Source: an uncultured Gemmatimonadales bacterium (GTDB lineage Bacteria > Gemmatimonadota > Gemmatimonadetes > Gemmatimonadales > GWC2-71-9). From it: a stretch of DNA of 64,000 nucleotides. Positions 51,819 through 62,059 of the stretch are shown in pieces (the first letter of the stretch is position 1; each line of letters starts with the position of its first letter). Location of the stretch: positions 96,001 to 160,000 of the forward strand of contig CAWGSK010000011.1 in assembly GCA_963825055.1 (NCBI GenBank), given 5' to 3'. The translations under genes and the position numbers were made by a program. The notes under the pieces were generated by a model. That model worked only from the letters and a program-made list of their open reading frames with translations, was not told the DNA's origin and ran no database searches.

Positions 51819-52016
51819 ATGATCGAAGTCACCCTGTCCGATTCGGACAAGATCGAATATGCCCTGAAGGCGTTCCGGCGAAAGGTGCAGCGCTCCGGAA
51901 TCCTCAAGGAGCTGCGGGCCCGCCGGCATTACCTGAAACCGAGCATGGCCCGCAAGCTCAAGCTGGCGGCGGCGCTGCGCCGCAAGCGGCGCAAGCCGCG
52001 GACGCGGGAGCGCTAG
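51819..52016 (+). CDS. rpsU: 30S ribosomal protein S21
   Basis: IEYALKAFRRKVQRSGILKELRARRHYLKPS; RBS GGAGGT. Confidence 0.92.
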   Translation: MIEVTLSDSDKIEYALKAFRRKVQRSGILKELRARRHYLKPSMARKLKLAAALRRKRRKPRTRER

Positions 52017-52019
52017 ACC

Positions 52020-53315
52020 TCAGCCCGACCGCCGCCGGCGTGGACGACGCGCCGGGGCGGCGGACTGCCGGGCGGCTGCCGCGGCGCGGCGCTCCGCGTT
52101 CGCCTTCGCCCGCAACCGATCCTCCGCCTTCCGGGCCCGGATCTCCCTGATCCGCTCGCCGAGCGGCACCTCCAGGCTCGCACCCGCTGACGGCGTGTAG
52201 TCGAAGTCCGGTACCGTCACCCTCGCCAGTCGGCTCCCCACCGCGCGCTCGATCGCCCGCAGCAGGCTTTCCTCGTCCGCCGCCACCAACGTGAACGCCT
52301 CCCCCGTTGCCTCAGCCCGGGCCGTCCGCCCCACCCGGTGGATGTAGTCATCCGGTACCTTCGGCACATCGAAATTCACCACGTGCCCGAGCGCCTCGAC
52401 ATCGATGCCGCGCGCCGCGATGTCCGTCGCCACGAGTACCCGGAACTCTCCCGCCTTGAATCCGGCCAGGGCCGCCGTGCGCTGCGCCTGTGACCGGTTG
52501 CCGTGAATACGTTCCGCCCTGACCCCCGCGCGCACCAGCGCCTTCGTGAGCCGGTCGGCCCGGTGCTTGGTCCGGGTGAAGACCAGGGCCTCATTCAGGT
52601 CGCCGCGTTCCAGCAGGTGGACGAGGAGGCCGGCCTTCCGCTCCTGCGGCACCGGATAGACGGCCTGGGTGATGCCGGTGGCCGGCGCAGCCTTGCGCTG
52701 CAGCTGGATGCGCGACGGGTTGCGGAGCAGCTCGCGGGTGAGGGCGGCGATCGGCCCGGGCATCGTGGCGCTGAAGAACAGCGTCTGACGCTCCGCGGGC
52801 AGGTGCCGGATGATGCGTTTCACATCCGGGAGGAAGCCCATGTCGAGCATCCGGTCCGCCTCATCGAGGACGAAATGTTCCACCATGTCCAGTTTCGCAT
52901 AATCGTACTGGAGGTGGTCCAGCAGACGACCCGGCGTTGCGATCAGCACGTTGGCCTGCCGACGGAAGGCGGTCTCCTGCGGGCCCATGCCCACGCCGCC
53001 AAAGATGGCGGCCGCAGTGACGGGCGTGTGACGCGTGAGGTCCTTGAGGTCAGCCAGCACCTGGGCCGCGAGTTCGCGGGTCGGCGTGAGCACCAGCGCG
53101 CGAGTGCCCCGACGGGGGCTGGCGAGGAGCTGGTGCAGGATCGGAAGAAGGAACGCGGCCGTCTTGCCGCTGCCGGTCATGGCGCAGGCGAGCACGTCGC
53201 CGCCCTGCATCGCAGGCGGGATCGCCTCCGACTGGATGGGCGTGGGTCTGGTGTATCCCAGGTCCTCGATGCCGCGAAGAAGACCGGGGTGAAGTTCAAG
53301 ACTGCTGAAAGGCAC
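52020..53315 (-). CDS. rhlE: DEAD-box RNA helicase (RhlE-like)
   Basis: PTPIQ, TGSGKT, PTRELA, TPGRLLD, DEAD, SAT, ARGID, HRVGRTAR. Confidence 0.93.
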   Translation of the reverse strand: MPFSSLELHPGLLRGIEDLGYTRPTPIQSEAIPPAMQGGDVLACAMTGSGKTAAFLLPILHQLLASPRRGTRALVLTPTRELAAQVLADLKDLTRHTPVTAAAIFGGVGMGPQETAFRRQANVLIATPGRLLDHLQYDYAKLDMVEHFVLDEADRMLDMGFLPDVKRIIRHLPAERQTLFFSATMPGPIAALTRELLRNPSRIQLQRKAAPATGITQAVYPVPQERKAGLLVHLLERGDLNEALVFTRTKHRADRLTKALVRAGVRAERIHGNRSQAQRTAALAGFKAGEFRVLVATDIAARGIDVEALGHVVNFDVPKVPDDYIHRVGRTARAEATGEAFTLVAADEESLLRAIERAVGSRLARVTVPDFDYTPSAGASLEVPLGERIREIRARKAEDRLRAKANAERRAAAAARQSAAPARRPRRRRSG

Positions 53316-53725
53316 AAATATCCTGTCGTCAGGCAGCACGATACGGCCGACGGAATGCCGGGGTGCCGGACTGCTACACAGCGCACATATGGTGAAGGGA
53401 GTCCTGCGGAACCGCCTGGTGCGCGGGGGCGGTACGGGTCAGAAGCCCAGCCCCCGACTGCGGGGAAGGATAGTCATGGAGGCCCCCTGGCGCCATGGGT
53501 GGGTGTCGGGTGCCGGGGGATCGGGTATCACCGCCACTCCCCACCCCTGCTCCCTGCTCCCCATTTCCTGACTAACTAATTATCTCACAGACACTTACAC
53601 ATCCACCGCCGGCCCCGTATGCATCTCCCCACTGGACGAGCCTCCGGCCACAGGTAGGTTAAATCACGAGGCGGCTGAATCTACCCGGCCTCCCCACCCG
53701 CCTCTCGTGTACCGGACAGGAACAC

Positions 53726-53878
53726 ATGCTCGAACTGCAAGTCCTCGGGACGCTCGACATGTCGGGCGACACGGATCACGCGCAAGCACTCGAGCGCTAC
53801 GCGGGCGATCTCCTCCCCGCGGTGGCACGAGCGTACTCCACCCGGTGGCGGAGTGGCAACTGCAGAAAAAAGAGATGA
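53726..53878 (+). pseudogene. Internally deleted and truncated BTAD/SARP regulator remnant
   Basis: 50-aa mini-ORF MLELQVLGTLDM-SGDTDHAQALERYAGDLLP...: a SARP N-terminal strand fused directly to the BTAD start; compare GDHAAAVARYGGPFL in the gene at 620. Confidence 0.55.
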
Positions 53879-53943
53879 GAGCAGGATGGTTCAAGGAGGA
53901 CATCAGGGTGACACTACGGGGCCGCTGATCCCGAGTGGAAGGT

Positions 53944-53964
53944 CCGGCGGTGAAACACCGCCGG
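53944..53964. terminator. GC hairpin, possible terminator
   Basis: ccggcggtg-aaa-caccgccgg is a perfect 9-bp inverted repeat; there is no clear U-tract. Confidence 0.4.
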
Positions 53965-53983
53965 AACCGCCGGGAATCGAGAA

Positions 53984-54033
53984 TCGGGAAGATCCCAACC
54001 CCGAAGCACTAATCACTAACCACTAATCACCAG
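53984..54033 (+). repeat. Dispersed ~50 bp repeat, copy B
   Basis: Direct-orientation match to 49609-49660. Confidence 0.75.
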
Positions 54034-54086
54034 ACATTACTCCCCAGTCACCACCCCCTACCCCTTCCCCGATCACCAGCCACCGG

Positions 54087-54147
54087 TCACTATTCACTAG
54101 TCACTAGTCACTAGTCACTAGTCACTAGTCACTATTCGCTATTCGCT
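54087..54147. repeat. Heptamer tandem repeat (TCACTAG)n
   Basis: tcactat (tcactag)x5 tcactat tcgctat tcgct. Confidence 0.95.
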
Positions 54148-54170
54148 TCTCGCATTCTCCGGAGACTCTC

Positions 54171-55121
54171 ATGGCCGGCCAGAAGACCATCGTCGTCGTC
54201 GGCGCCACGGGCGCGCAGGGCGGCGGCCTCGCGCGCGCGATCCTGGACAACCCTGATGGACCCTTCCGCCTTCGCGCCCTGACCCGCAAGCCCGGATCCG
54301 CGCGGGCCCGGGAACTCGCCGGACGCGGCGCCGATGTCGTACAGGCGGACCTGGATGACCAGAACAGCCTTGCGAAGGCGTTCAGCGGGGCCTGGGGCGC
54401 CTACTGCGTCACGAACTACTGGGAACACATGGACCCGGAGAAGGAAACGACACAGGGAAAGCATCTTGCCGCCGCGGCGGCGGAGGCAGGCCTCCAGCAC
54501 GCCATCTGGTCCACCTTCGAGGACACCCGCGAGCGCGTCCCCCTCGATGACGACCGGATGCCTACGCTCATGGGGAAGTACAAGGTCCCCCACTTCGACG
54601 CTAAGGCGATGGCGAACCACTTCTTCACCGATGCCGGCGTCCCCACGACGTTCTTGCTCACGTCGTTCTACTGGGACAACATGATCCACTTCGGTACCGG
54701 ACCACAGCGCGGCCCGGACGGGGTGCTGACCCTCACCATGCCCATGGGCGAGGGGAAGCTGCCCGGCATCGCGGCGGGCGACATCGGCGGCTGCGCGTAC
54801 GGCATCTTCGGGAAGCGTGACCACTACGTGGGAAAGACCGTGGGGATCGCAGGCGAGCAGCTGACCGGCGCCGCGATGGCTGCCGGCCTGACCGAAGTCC
54901 TCGGTGAGGAGGTCCGCTACAACGCCATCCCGGCCGACGTCTACCGCGGGTTCGGTTTCCCGGGCGCGGACGACATGGGCAACATGTTTCAGTACAAGCG
55001 GGATTTCAACGAGGAGTACTGCCGCGTCCGGAGCGTGGAGGAGTCACGGGAGCTGAACCCGCGGCTCCAGACGTATCGGGACTGGCTTTCCCGCCACGCG
55101 AAGCAAATACCGCTCGGCTGA
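54171..55121 (+). CDS. NmrA/HSCARG-family NAD(P)-binding protein
   Basis: IVVVGATGAQGGG, RALTRKP, VTNYWE, VPHFDAK, FGFPGADDMGNMF. Confidence 0.92.
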   Translation: MAGQKTIVVVGATGAQGGGLARAILDNPDGPFRLRALTRKPGSARARELAGRGADVVQADLDDQNSLAKAFSGAWGAYCVTNYWEHMDPEKETTQGKHLAAAAAEAGLQHAIWSTFEDTRERVPLDDDRMPTLMGKYKVPHFDAKAMANHFFTDAGVPTTFLLTSFYWDNMIHFGTGPQRGPDGVLTLTMPMGEGKLPGIAAGDIGGCAYGIFGKRDHYVGKTVGIAGEQLTGAAMAAGLTEVLGEEVRYNAIPADVYRGFGFPGADDMGNMFQYKRDFNEEYCRVRSVEESRELNPRLQTYRDWLSRHAKQIPLG

Positions 55122-55214
55122 CCGGTGCGCCCGGCGCCGGGCCCTCTCTGGCGCCGGACGCCCCCGGCCCCTACCGTGCAGCGTTACCCACTCCCCATAC
55201 CCAAGGATGGCACC

Positions 55215-55631
55215 ATGCGTATCAGGGCCCTGAGCGTTCTCGCCACCGGCGCATGCCTGCTGGCCGGATGCTATCATGCCACCATCACCACCGGTGCCAC
55301 GCCGTCGAGCGTGACCATCGACCACAAGTGGGCCTCAAGCTGGATCTACGGGCTCGTGCCGCCCGCCACGGTGGAGACGGCACAACAGTGCCCCGCCGGC
55401 GTCGCCAGGGTGGAAACGCGACTCAGTTTCCTCAACCAGCTGGTCGGCCTGCTCACCATCGGGATCTACACGCCGATGGACATCCGTGTCACCTGCGCGG
55501 AGGAGGCCCCGATGGAGAGCGCGATTCTCCTCCAGGATGCGGACCCCGCAACGTGGGCAGGTGCGCTGGACGAGGCCGCGCTGCGGTCACGCGTGGCCCG
55601 GCGCCCCGTGTATATCGTGGCTGGAGAGTAA
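55215..55631 (+). CDS. Bor/Iss-family lipoprotein
   Basis: LLAGCYHATITTG, WIYGLVPP, CPAGVARVET..SFLN..LTIGIYTP...VTC. Confidence 0.82.
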   Translation: MRIRALSVLATGACLLAGCYHATITTGATPSSVTIDHKWASSWIYGLVPPATVETAQQCPAGVARVETRLSFLNQLVGLLTIGIYTPMDIRVTCAEEAPMESAILLQDADPATWAGALDEAALRSRVARRPVYIVAGE

Positions 55632-55637
55632 GAAGCC

Positions 55638-58600
55638 CTATGGCGTGGCGGGCTCCCCGGCCAGCCGCGCCATCCGGGTCTTGACCTGGGTCACCATGGG
55701 CTGGAGCTCCGTGTCGGCGTTTTTCCAGAGATCGGTGAAGCGACCGTAGTAATCAAGGGCCTTTGTACGATCGCCGCGCTGCTCGTGCATCTCGCCCATC
55801 CGGCGGAGAATCATCGCACGGTATTGCGCATCATCGCCGAGTCTCCCGGTCGAGGGAACCGTGAGAAATTCCTCATAAGTGGCAATAGCGGAATCCGGCG
55901 AGCCTGCGCGGTCCCAGGCCTCGGCCAGTTCCCAGAGCAGGCAGGTCCCGCAGTGGTTCTCCTCGCGGTACCGCGTGATCGTCCGGATGGCGGATTCCGG
56001 CCTGCCCTCGGCCAGGTCGATCCAGCTGCCGACCAGTTCCAGGGCCTCCTCTGTCCGGCGAACTGCGGCCGTGTCGGCAACCCGCCGGTATTCATCCATC
56101 AACTGCCGGGCCCGCTCGGGACGGCCAACAGTCGCGAAGAGGTACGCCGCCCCAATGTAGTTGCGGTCTTCGGGCTTCGTCCTGAGCTGAACTTCCCGGC
56201 GCCAGAGATCCTCGAGCCGTTGGTCGGCATCGGCCGGCGCATGTCCCAGGTTCAGCTGCCGCTCGAAGTCATCGAACTTCCGGCCATTCTCCAGCCACGC
56301 GTCGGAACGCTCGACCCCCCGTACCTTGCGGAACATTTCCCCGGCCCGCTCACCCCACTGCCGGCTCTCCTGCAGCCGCCCCCACGCCTCGTACACGCTG
56401 GAGAGCCGGGCATAGAGGCCTGCCTGGATCCCACTGCCCGCCGGAACGGAGTCCCGGACGAGGAGGGCGATCCGCTCGATCTCCGGAAAGTCGGAACGGG
56501 CCACGGCCAGGGTGATCGGCATGGTCTGCCGCAACGGAGCGGAGGGGAAGGAATCGTCCAGCAACCTGAGGGTTGATTCCGCGGCCGCGAACCTTCCCTG
56601 CCGCGCCTGGACGCTGGCCAGGTTGGCATATGCGAGCGCTCCGGTCCCTCCCGCCGCGATGACCCGCCGTTCGGCCGCCTCGGCTTCCGCATACCGCCCC
56701 TGGTTGCTGTACACCAGCCCGATGTTGTTCAGCGCCGTCATGTCCTCGGGGTATTTATCGAGCAGGCTGCGGTAGGCATCGATGGCCAGGACGGGTTCAT
56801 CAGTCACGAGCCAGTGGTAGGTCGCCACCACCTGAAGCCGTTCCCGCTCGCCCAGCCGGTCACGGAGGGTGTAGGCCCGGGTCGCCGCCGAGTCCGACAA
56901 CTCGCCCTGGGCGGCGTTGCTGGCGAAGGCGGCGAGACGGCGCCATGCCATGGCGAAATTGCTGTCGAGCGCCACGGCCTGGCGCAGCAACTCCACTGCC
57001 CGGCGGTAGTCCTGCTCATTCGTGCCGACCTTGGTCGCCTGGGTGTAAAGGCGCAGCGCCTCCGTGGAGCGCGTGGTGATACGCTCCAGCGGCGCGTCGG
57101 CGCGTACGTCCCGGAGTGATTCGCCAATCCGCTCGCGAAGGGCGGCGGAGAGCCGGTCGACCGCTCCCACCACGTCCTCGGGCGCATTGGCGGTTTCCCG
57201 CCCCGCGAAGAGCGCGTCGCCCGAGCCCGCGGCGACCAGGCGGGTCGAGATGATGAACCCGTTGCCGAGGGTGCGGACATCGCCCGTCACGTAGGCCTTG
57301 ATACCTTCGCGGGTGGCGATTTCCCGCGCAAGGGGCTCGCCGATGGCGCTGTCGCCGCGCTCCATCCGCCGGAGCACCTCCAGCACCTGGGACGGCTCCA
57401 TGAGGTTGATCGCGCGAGACTCCGAGAGGTCGATCCGGAACAGCTCGGTAATCGTGCTGCCGAGGGTGCTGTCGGCCGTACGATTGTCGAAGTCGGCGAG
57501 CAGCAGCCGGTCCTCGCCGCTCAGCACGCCCGAGGCGAGCAGGGTCCCCACCGGGCCGATGCCGAGGAGACGCATGGCCATGTAGACGCCCGTGGCGAGG
57601 GCAAGCACCCCGAAAGCCGCCCCCCCGCCCCACAACGCCTTCCGCCAGGTCGCAAGCCCCGGGAGCCCGGTCGGAGTCGCGGCGTACGTACCCGTCATCC
57701 GCGCCATGGCCCGCTGGCGCTCGTGGCGGGCGGTGATCATCATGATCGGCACACCCGCGGCCATCAGGGCCACCGCGCCGGGGAAGACCCATCCCGGCAA
57801 GCCGAGCTGCATCATCAGGAAGTACGCAACGCCGAGCACCGCGACCGCGGCCAGAGCGTAAAGGCCCAGCACCCGCACCGGGTGGCTCTTCCGGTAATCG
57901 TGCTCCGCACTCACTGCCGGCACCGGAACCGTGCCCGTGGGAGTCATCCCGCCGGTCGGGGTCATCAGTCCGCCGAGGGCCGGCATCAGTTCGTCGGCCG
58001 TCTGCCACCGGTCAGCCGGGCGCTTCTCCAGGCAGCGCATGACGAGGTCCGCCATGGCGGGCGGCACTGCCGGCCGGCGCCGGATGAGCGGCTCCGGTGT
58101 CTGGGTCACGTGCGCGGCGAGGACGGACTGCGGGGTCGGACCAGTGAACGGCGGCAGTCCGGTGAGCATCTCGTACGCCAGGGCCCCGACCGCGTAGATG
58201 TCGGCGCGGTGATCCGTGTGCGGATCGGCCGCGGCCTGTTCGGGCGACATGTAGGCCGGGGTGCCCAGCGCGACCCCGAGCGACGTGAGGGAGGAACCGC
58301 CCTCGCCGCTCGAGGCGCTGACCGCCTTGGCCACCCCGAAGTCGGTCACCAGGGCGTGGTTGCCCGCCAGCATCACGTTGTCCGGCTTGATGTCGCGGTG
58401 GACCACGCCGCGCTTGTGGGCGGCGGCGAGCGCATCCACGACGTCGCGGAGGATCCTGGCGGCCTCGGTGATGGGCAGTTCGCCCTCGCGGGCCAGCCGG
58501 GCCCGGAGGGACTCGCCCTCGATGTACGGCATGACGTAATACAGCAGGTCGCCGGCGGCGCCGGCGGTGAGGAGCGGGACGATGTGCGGGTGCTGGAGCG

Positions 58601-58805
58601 ACGCCGCCAGCCGGATCTCGCGCTGGAACCGTTCCCGGTTCACCCCCGCGGACATGTCCGGCGGGAGCACCTTGATCACCACCTGGCGGCCGAGCTCGAC
58701 TTCCTCGGCGAGGAAGACACGGCTCATGCCACCGCCGCCCAGCTCCTTGATGAGCCGGTAGGTCGGTGCCAGGGCATCGTTCAGCCGGGCAAACAGATCG
58801 TCCAT
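55638..58805 (-). CDS. Ser/Thr kinase with 3 TM segments, a TolB_N-like domain and TPRs
   Basis: ELGGGGMSRVF, VVIKVL, HRDIKPDN, DFGVAKA, GTPAYMSPEQ; intact ORF. Confidence 0.93.
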   Translation of the reverse strand: MDDLFARLNDALAPTYRLIKELGGGGMSRVFLAEEVELGRQVVIKVLPPDMSAGVNRERFQREIRLAASLQHPHIVPLLTAGAAGDLLYYVMPYIEGESLRARLAREGELPITEAARILRDVVDALAAAHKRGVVHRDIKPDNVMLAGNHALVTDFGVAKAVSASSGEGGSSLTSLGVALGTPAYMSPEQAAADPHTDHRADIYAVGALAYEMLTGLPPFTGPTPQSVLAAHVTQTPEPLIRRRPAVPPAMADLVMRCLEKRPADRWQTADELMPALGGLMTPTGGMTPTGTVPVPAVSAEHDYRKSHPVRVLGLYALAAVAVLGVAYFLMMQLGLPGWVFPGAVALMAAGVPIMMITARHERQRAMARMTGTYAATPTGLPGLATWRKALWGGGAAFGVLALATGVYMAMRLLGIGPVGTLLASGVLSGEDRLLLADFDNRTADSTLGSTITELFRIDLSESRAINLMEPSQVLEVLRRMERGDSAIGEPLAREIATREGIKAYVTGDVRTLGNGFIISTRLVAAGSGDALFAGRETANAPEDVVGAVDRLSAALRERIGESLRDVRADAPLERITTRSTEALRLYTQATKVGTNEQDYRRAVELLRQAVALDSNFAMAWRRLAAFASNAAQGELSDSAATRAYTLRDRLGERERLQVVATYHWLVTDEPVLAIDAYRSLLDKYPEDMTALNNIGLVYSNQGRYAEAEAAERRVIAAGGTGALAYANLASVQARQGRFAAAESTLRLLDDSFPSAPLRQTMPITLAVARSDFPEIERIALLVRDSVPAGSGIQAGLYARLSSVYEAWGRLQESRQWGERAGEMFRKVRGVERSDAWLENGRKFDDFERQLNLGHAPADADQRLEDLWRREVQLRTKPEDRNYIGAAYLFATVGRPERARQLMDEYRRVADTAAVRRTEEALELVGSWIDLAEGRPESAIRTITRYREENHCGTCLLWELAEAWDRAGSPDSAIATYEEFLTVPSTGRLGDDAQYRAMILRRMGEMHEQRGDRTKALDYYGRFTDLWKNADTELQPMVTQVKTRMARLAGEPATP

Positions 58806-59035
58806 GGGTCCTGGTGGTGGGAGGTCCTGCAAGATACGCGATTCGGCCGGCGGCGCGAACGGCAACTGGCCCCCAGGGGTCCATTGCCCTATCGTTGACG
58901 GGCACCTTTCCCGTACACGATACGACATCCAGCCCGGGACTCGCGCCTCCGGCTGGACGACCCGGCGCCACCGCTGCGGCCCATGCCGCGGCAAGCTCCG
59001 GGCTTTCCTGCACCTGCGCCTCGGGAGAATCGCCA

Positions 59036-61742
59036 GTGTCTGAAACGATCGGCAGGCTTGGGACGGCCCTCGCCGGCCGGTACGCGATCGAGCGCGAGGT
59101 CGGGGCCGGCGGCATGGCCACCGTCTACCTGGCGCATGACGTCCGGCATGACCGCCGGGTCGCCCTGAAGGTGCTGCGCCCGGAGCTTGCGGCGGTCATC
59201 GGGGCGGAGCGCTTCCTGGCCGAGATCAAGACCACGGCGAACCTCCAGCATCCGCATATTCTGGCTCTCTTCGATTCGGGCGAGGCCGACGGCTTTCTGT
59301 TCTATGTGATGCCGTTCATCGAAGGAGAGAGCCTGCGCGACCGGCTCACCCGCGAGACCCAGCTCCCCATCGCCGATGCCGTCCGGATTACAACGGAGGT
59401 GGCGAGCGCACTCGACTATGCCCACCGCCATGGCGTGATCCATCGCGACATCAAGCCGGAGAATATCCTGCTCCACGACGGACAGGCCCTGGTGTCGGAC
59501 TTCGGCATTGCGCTCGCGGTCAGCAGCGCCGGCAGTACCCGGATGACCGAAACCGGCATGAGCCTCGGCACGCCGTTCTACATGTCGCCGGAGCAGGCGA
59601 TGGGGGAGCGCGAAATCACCGCGCGGAGCGACGTCTATGCGCTGGGCGCCGTGCTCTACGAGATGCTGACCGGGGAGCCGCCGTTCACCGGCCCGACGGC
59701 GCAGGCGATCATCGCCAAGGTCGTTACCGAAGAACCCCGCCCCCTGATGCCCAAGCGGCATACGATCCCCCCGCACCTCGAGGCGGCCGTGCTGACCGCG
59801 CTCGAGAAACTGGCTGCCGACCGGTTCGCCAGCGCCGCGGAGTTTGCGGCGGCCCTTAAGGATCCGGGTTACCGCGGGGCGACGGCCACCCTGGCCGTGC
59901 CGGCGGCTGCGGCCCGGGCCGCCCGGCGCCCGGCAGGGCACCCGCTCGTGGTGGCCGCGGCACTCGATGGCCGGCCTGGTGCTCGGCGCCGGGCTCCTCG
60001 CGTTACTCCGCCCCCGCCCCCGGCCCCAGGTCATCCGCTATGGCCTGTCCATGCCGGCGTCACAGGCACCCGATCCAGCCTGGGGTGCCGTCCCTTCACC
60101 CGACGGCTCACGGATTGCCTACGTGGGGGCTGCGGACAAGCAGCTCTGGATCAAGGATCGCGACCGGTACGAGGCCCGGCCGCTCGCGGGCTCGTATGGC
60201 GCGGTCAATTTCACATGGTCGCCGGACGGCGAGTGGATCGCCTTCCTGTCCGGGCGCGAGGTACGGAAGCTGCCGATCATGGGCGGGGCCCCGGTCACCA
60301 TCGCCGACTCCGCGTCGGGAAACACCGGGCTGGCCTGGCTGGATGACGGGACCATCGTCTACATCCGCGCCGGGGGTACCGGATTCCGGCGCGTACCCGC
60401 AAGCGGCGGGGGCTCGACCGAGATCTACGCCGACAGCGGGAACCTCGAGAAGGTCACTCCCCTGCCGGACAGTCGAGGGGTGCTCTTCATCCGGTGCAGC
60501 GGGAGCTGCGTCACCTCGCAGGAACTGTGGGCCCTCGACCTGCGCAACGGAACGGCGCACCAGGTCCTGCCGGGCATTGCCTTCGGACAGTACCTGCGGA
60601 CCGGCCATCTCATGGCCATCCGGCGCGACGGCGCGATGTTCGTGGTGCCGTTCGACCGGAAGCGGCTGCTCACGACCGGATCGCCGATCCCCGTCGTCGA
60701 CAGCATCTCCGTGGTGAACGGCGTGCTCCCGCTGGTCGCGGTGTCCGCGAATGGCACGCTGGTCATGCGGCAGGGCGCGGCGCTCTCCCTCCTGCAATGG
60801 TACCAGATGGTCTGGATCGACCGCACCGGCCGCGAAACCGATGTCGACCCCTCCTGGCGGTTCCGGTTCACCAACTACGGCGCCAACTACGGCTGGTCCC
60901 TGTCGCCGGACGGGACTCGACTCGCCATCGGCCTCTTCACCGATGCCGGGGACGACATCTGGGTGAAACAGCTGCCCCGGGGCCCCCTGTCCCGGGTGTC
61001 CTATGACAGCGCCTCGGAATTCCGCCCCCGCTGGATGCCCGACGGACGCAGTGTGATGTTCGGCTCCAATCGCCAGGGAACACAGGGGATCGGGGGGCTG
61101 TACATGCGGCGCGCGGACGGGACGGGAGAGGACTCCCTGCTCCGGCGCGCACCGGCGGGCATCTTCGAGGCCGACTGGTCCCCGGACCGGACGTGGCTGC
61201 TCTTCCGCACCGGCGGCACGATCGGCCTCTCGGGAGGCCGCGACATCGTCGGCCTGCGCCCCGGTATCGACAGTGCACCGGTGCCGGTGGTCGCGACCAG
61301 ATACGACGAAGAAGCCATCGCGATTTCACCGAACGGTCGCTGGCTGGCGTATGAGTCGAACGAGACGGGCCGGACCGAGATCTTCATCCGGCCGTTCCCG
61401 AACACCCAGGCCGGCAAGCGGCAGGTCTCCAACGGCGGGGGCGTGGCGCCGCTCTGGAGCCGGAACGCCCGGGAGCTGTTCTATCTCAGCCCCACCCGCG
61501 ACATGATGGCGGTGAGTGTTGCAGGAACGGACGAGCCGCAGCTCGGCGAGCGGCAGACCCTGTTTCACCTGGACGACCGGATCTACATGTCCAACTCAGA
61601 GTTCTACACGCCGTACGATGTCGCGCCCGACGGCCGCTTCATCATGGCCCGCAACGTGACCGAGGCCTCGAAGATCGAGGTGCCGCTGATCGTGGTCGAG
61701 AACTGGTTCGAGGAACTGCGCCAGAAGACCCGCGGCCAGTAG
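59036..61742 (+). CDS. Ser/Thr kinase with TM segment and TolB/PD40 beta-propeller; frameshift(s) at ~59930-59970
   Basis: GAGGMATVYLA, HRDIKPEN, DFGIALA, GTPFYMSPEQ; ORF 59844-61742 has SPDG repeats and ends IVVENWFEEL. Confidence 0.9.
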
Positions 61743-61762
61743 ACGCCGCGGCCGGCACGCCT

Positions 61763-62059
61763 TCACCCCCCGGCCACGGCGCCGACAATCAGGAACGGCT
61801 CCTCCCCCCGCACCACCGCTTCCGGCATCGGCGCGTCGGCATCTTCATGCGACAAGTCCCGGGCGCACGCGAAAAACCGGAGGAACGGCCGGCGCTTTCC
61901 GCTGGACTGGTCGCGAATCGTACCCCGCAGCACGGGATAGCGCGCCTCCAGCGCGTCCAGGATGGCGGCGCGGGTGACCGGCGCGGCCAGATCCAGTTCG
62001 ACCTCGCCCTGAATCTGTGCGAGCGCCTGGAGCGGGTAGGGCAGTCCGACCCGGATCAC
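61763..62059 (-). CDS. MoaD/ThiS-family ubiquitin-like protein
   Basis: 98 aa beta-grasp-like protein ending AVAGG; GTGA overlap with the upstream gene. Confidence 0.88.
   Translation of the reverse strand: MIRVGLPYPLQALAQIQGEVELDLAAPVTRAAILDALEARYPVLRGTIRDQSSGKRRPFLRFFACARDLSHEDADAPMPEAVVRGEEPFLIVGAVAGG

Noticed and set aside
54087..54147. CRISPR array
   Set aside because: The units are 7 bp with no spacers, and there are no cas genes.
620..61742. Programmed frameshifting or mass pseudogenisation (BTAD, GH2, galM, PaaI, kinases, GT-C)
   Set aside because: Indels are scattered across unrelated genes, some at homopolymers, and cluster in low-quality zones. Consensus error is the simplest explanation.
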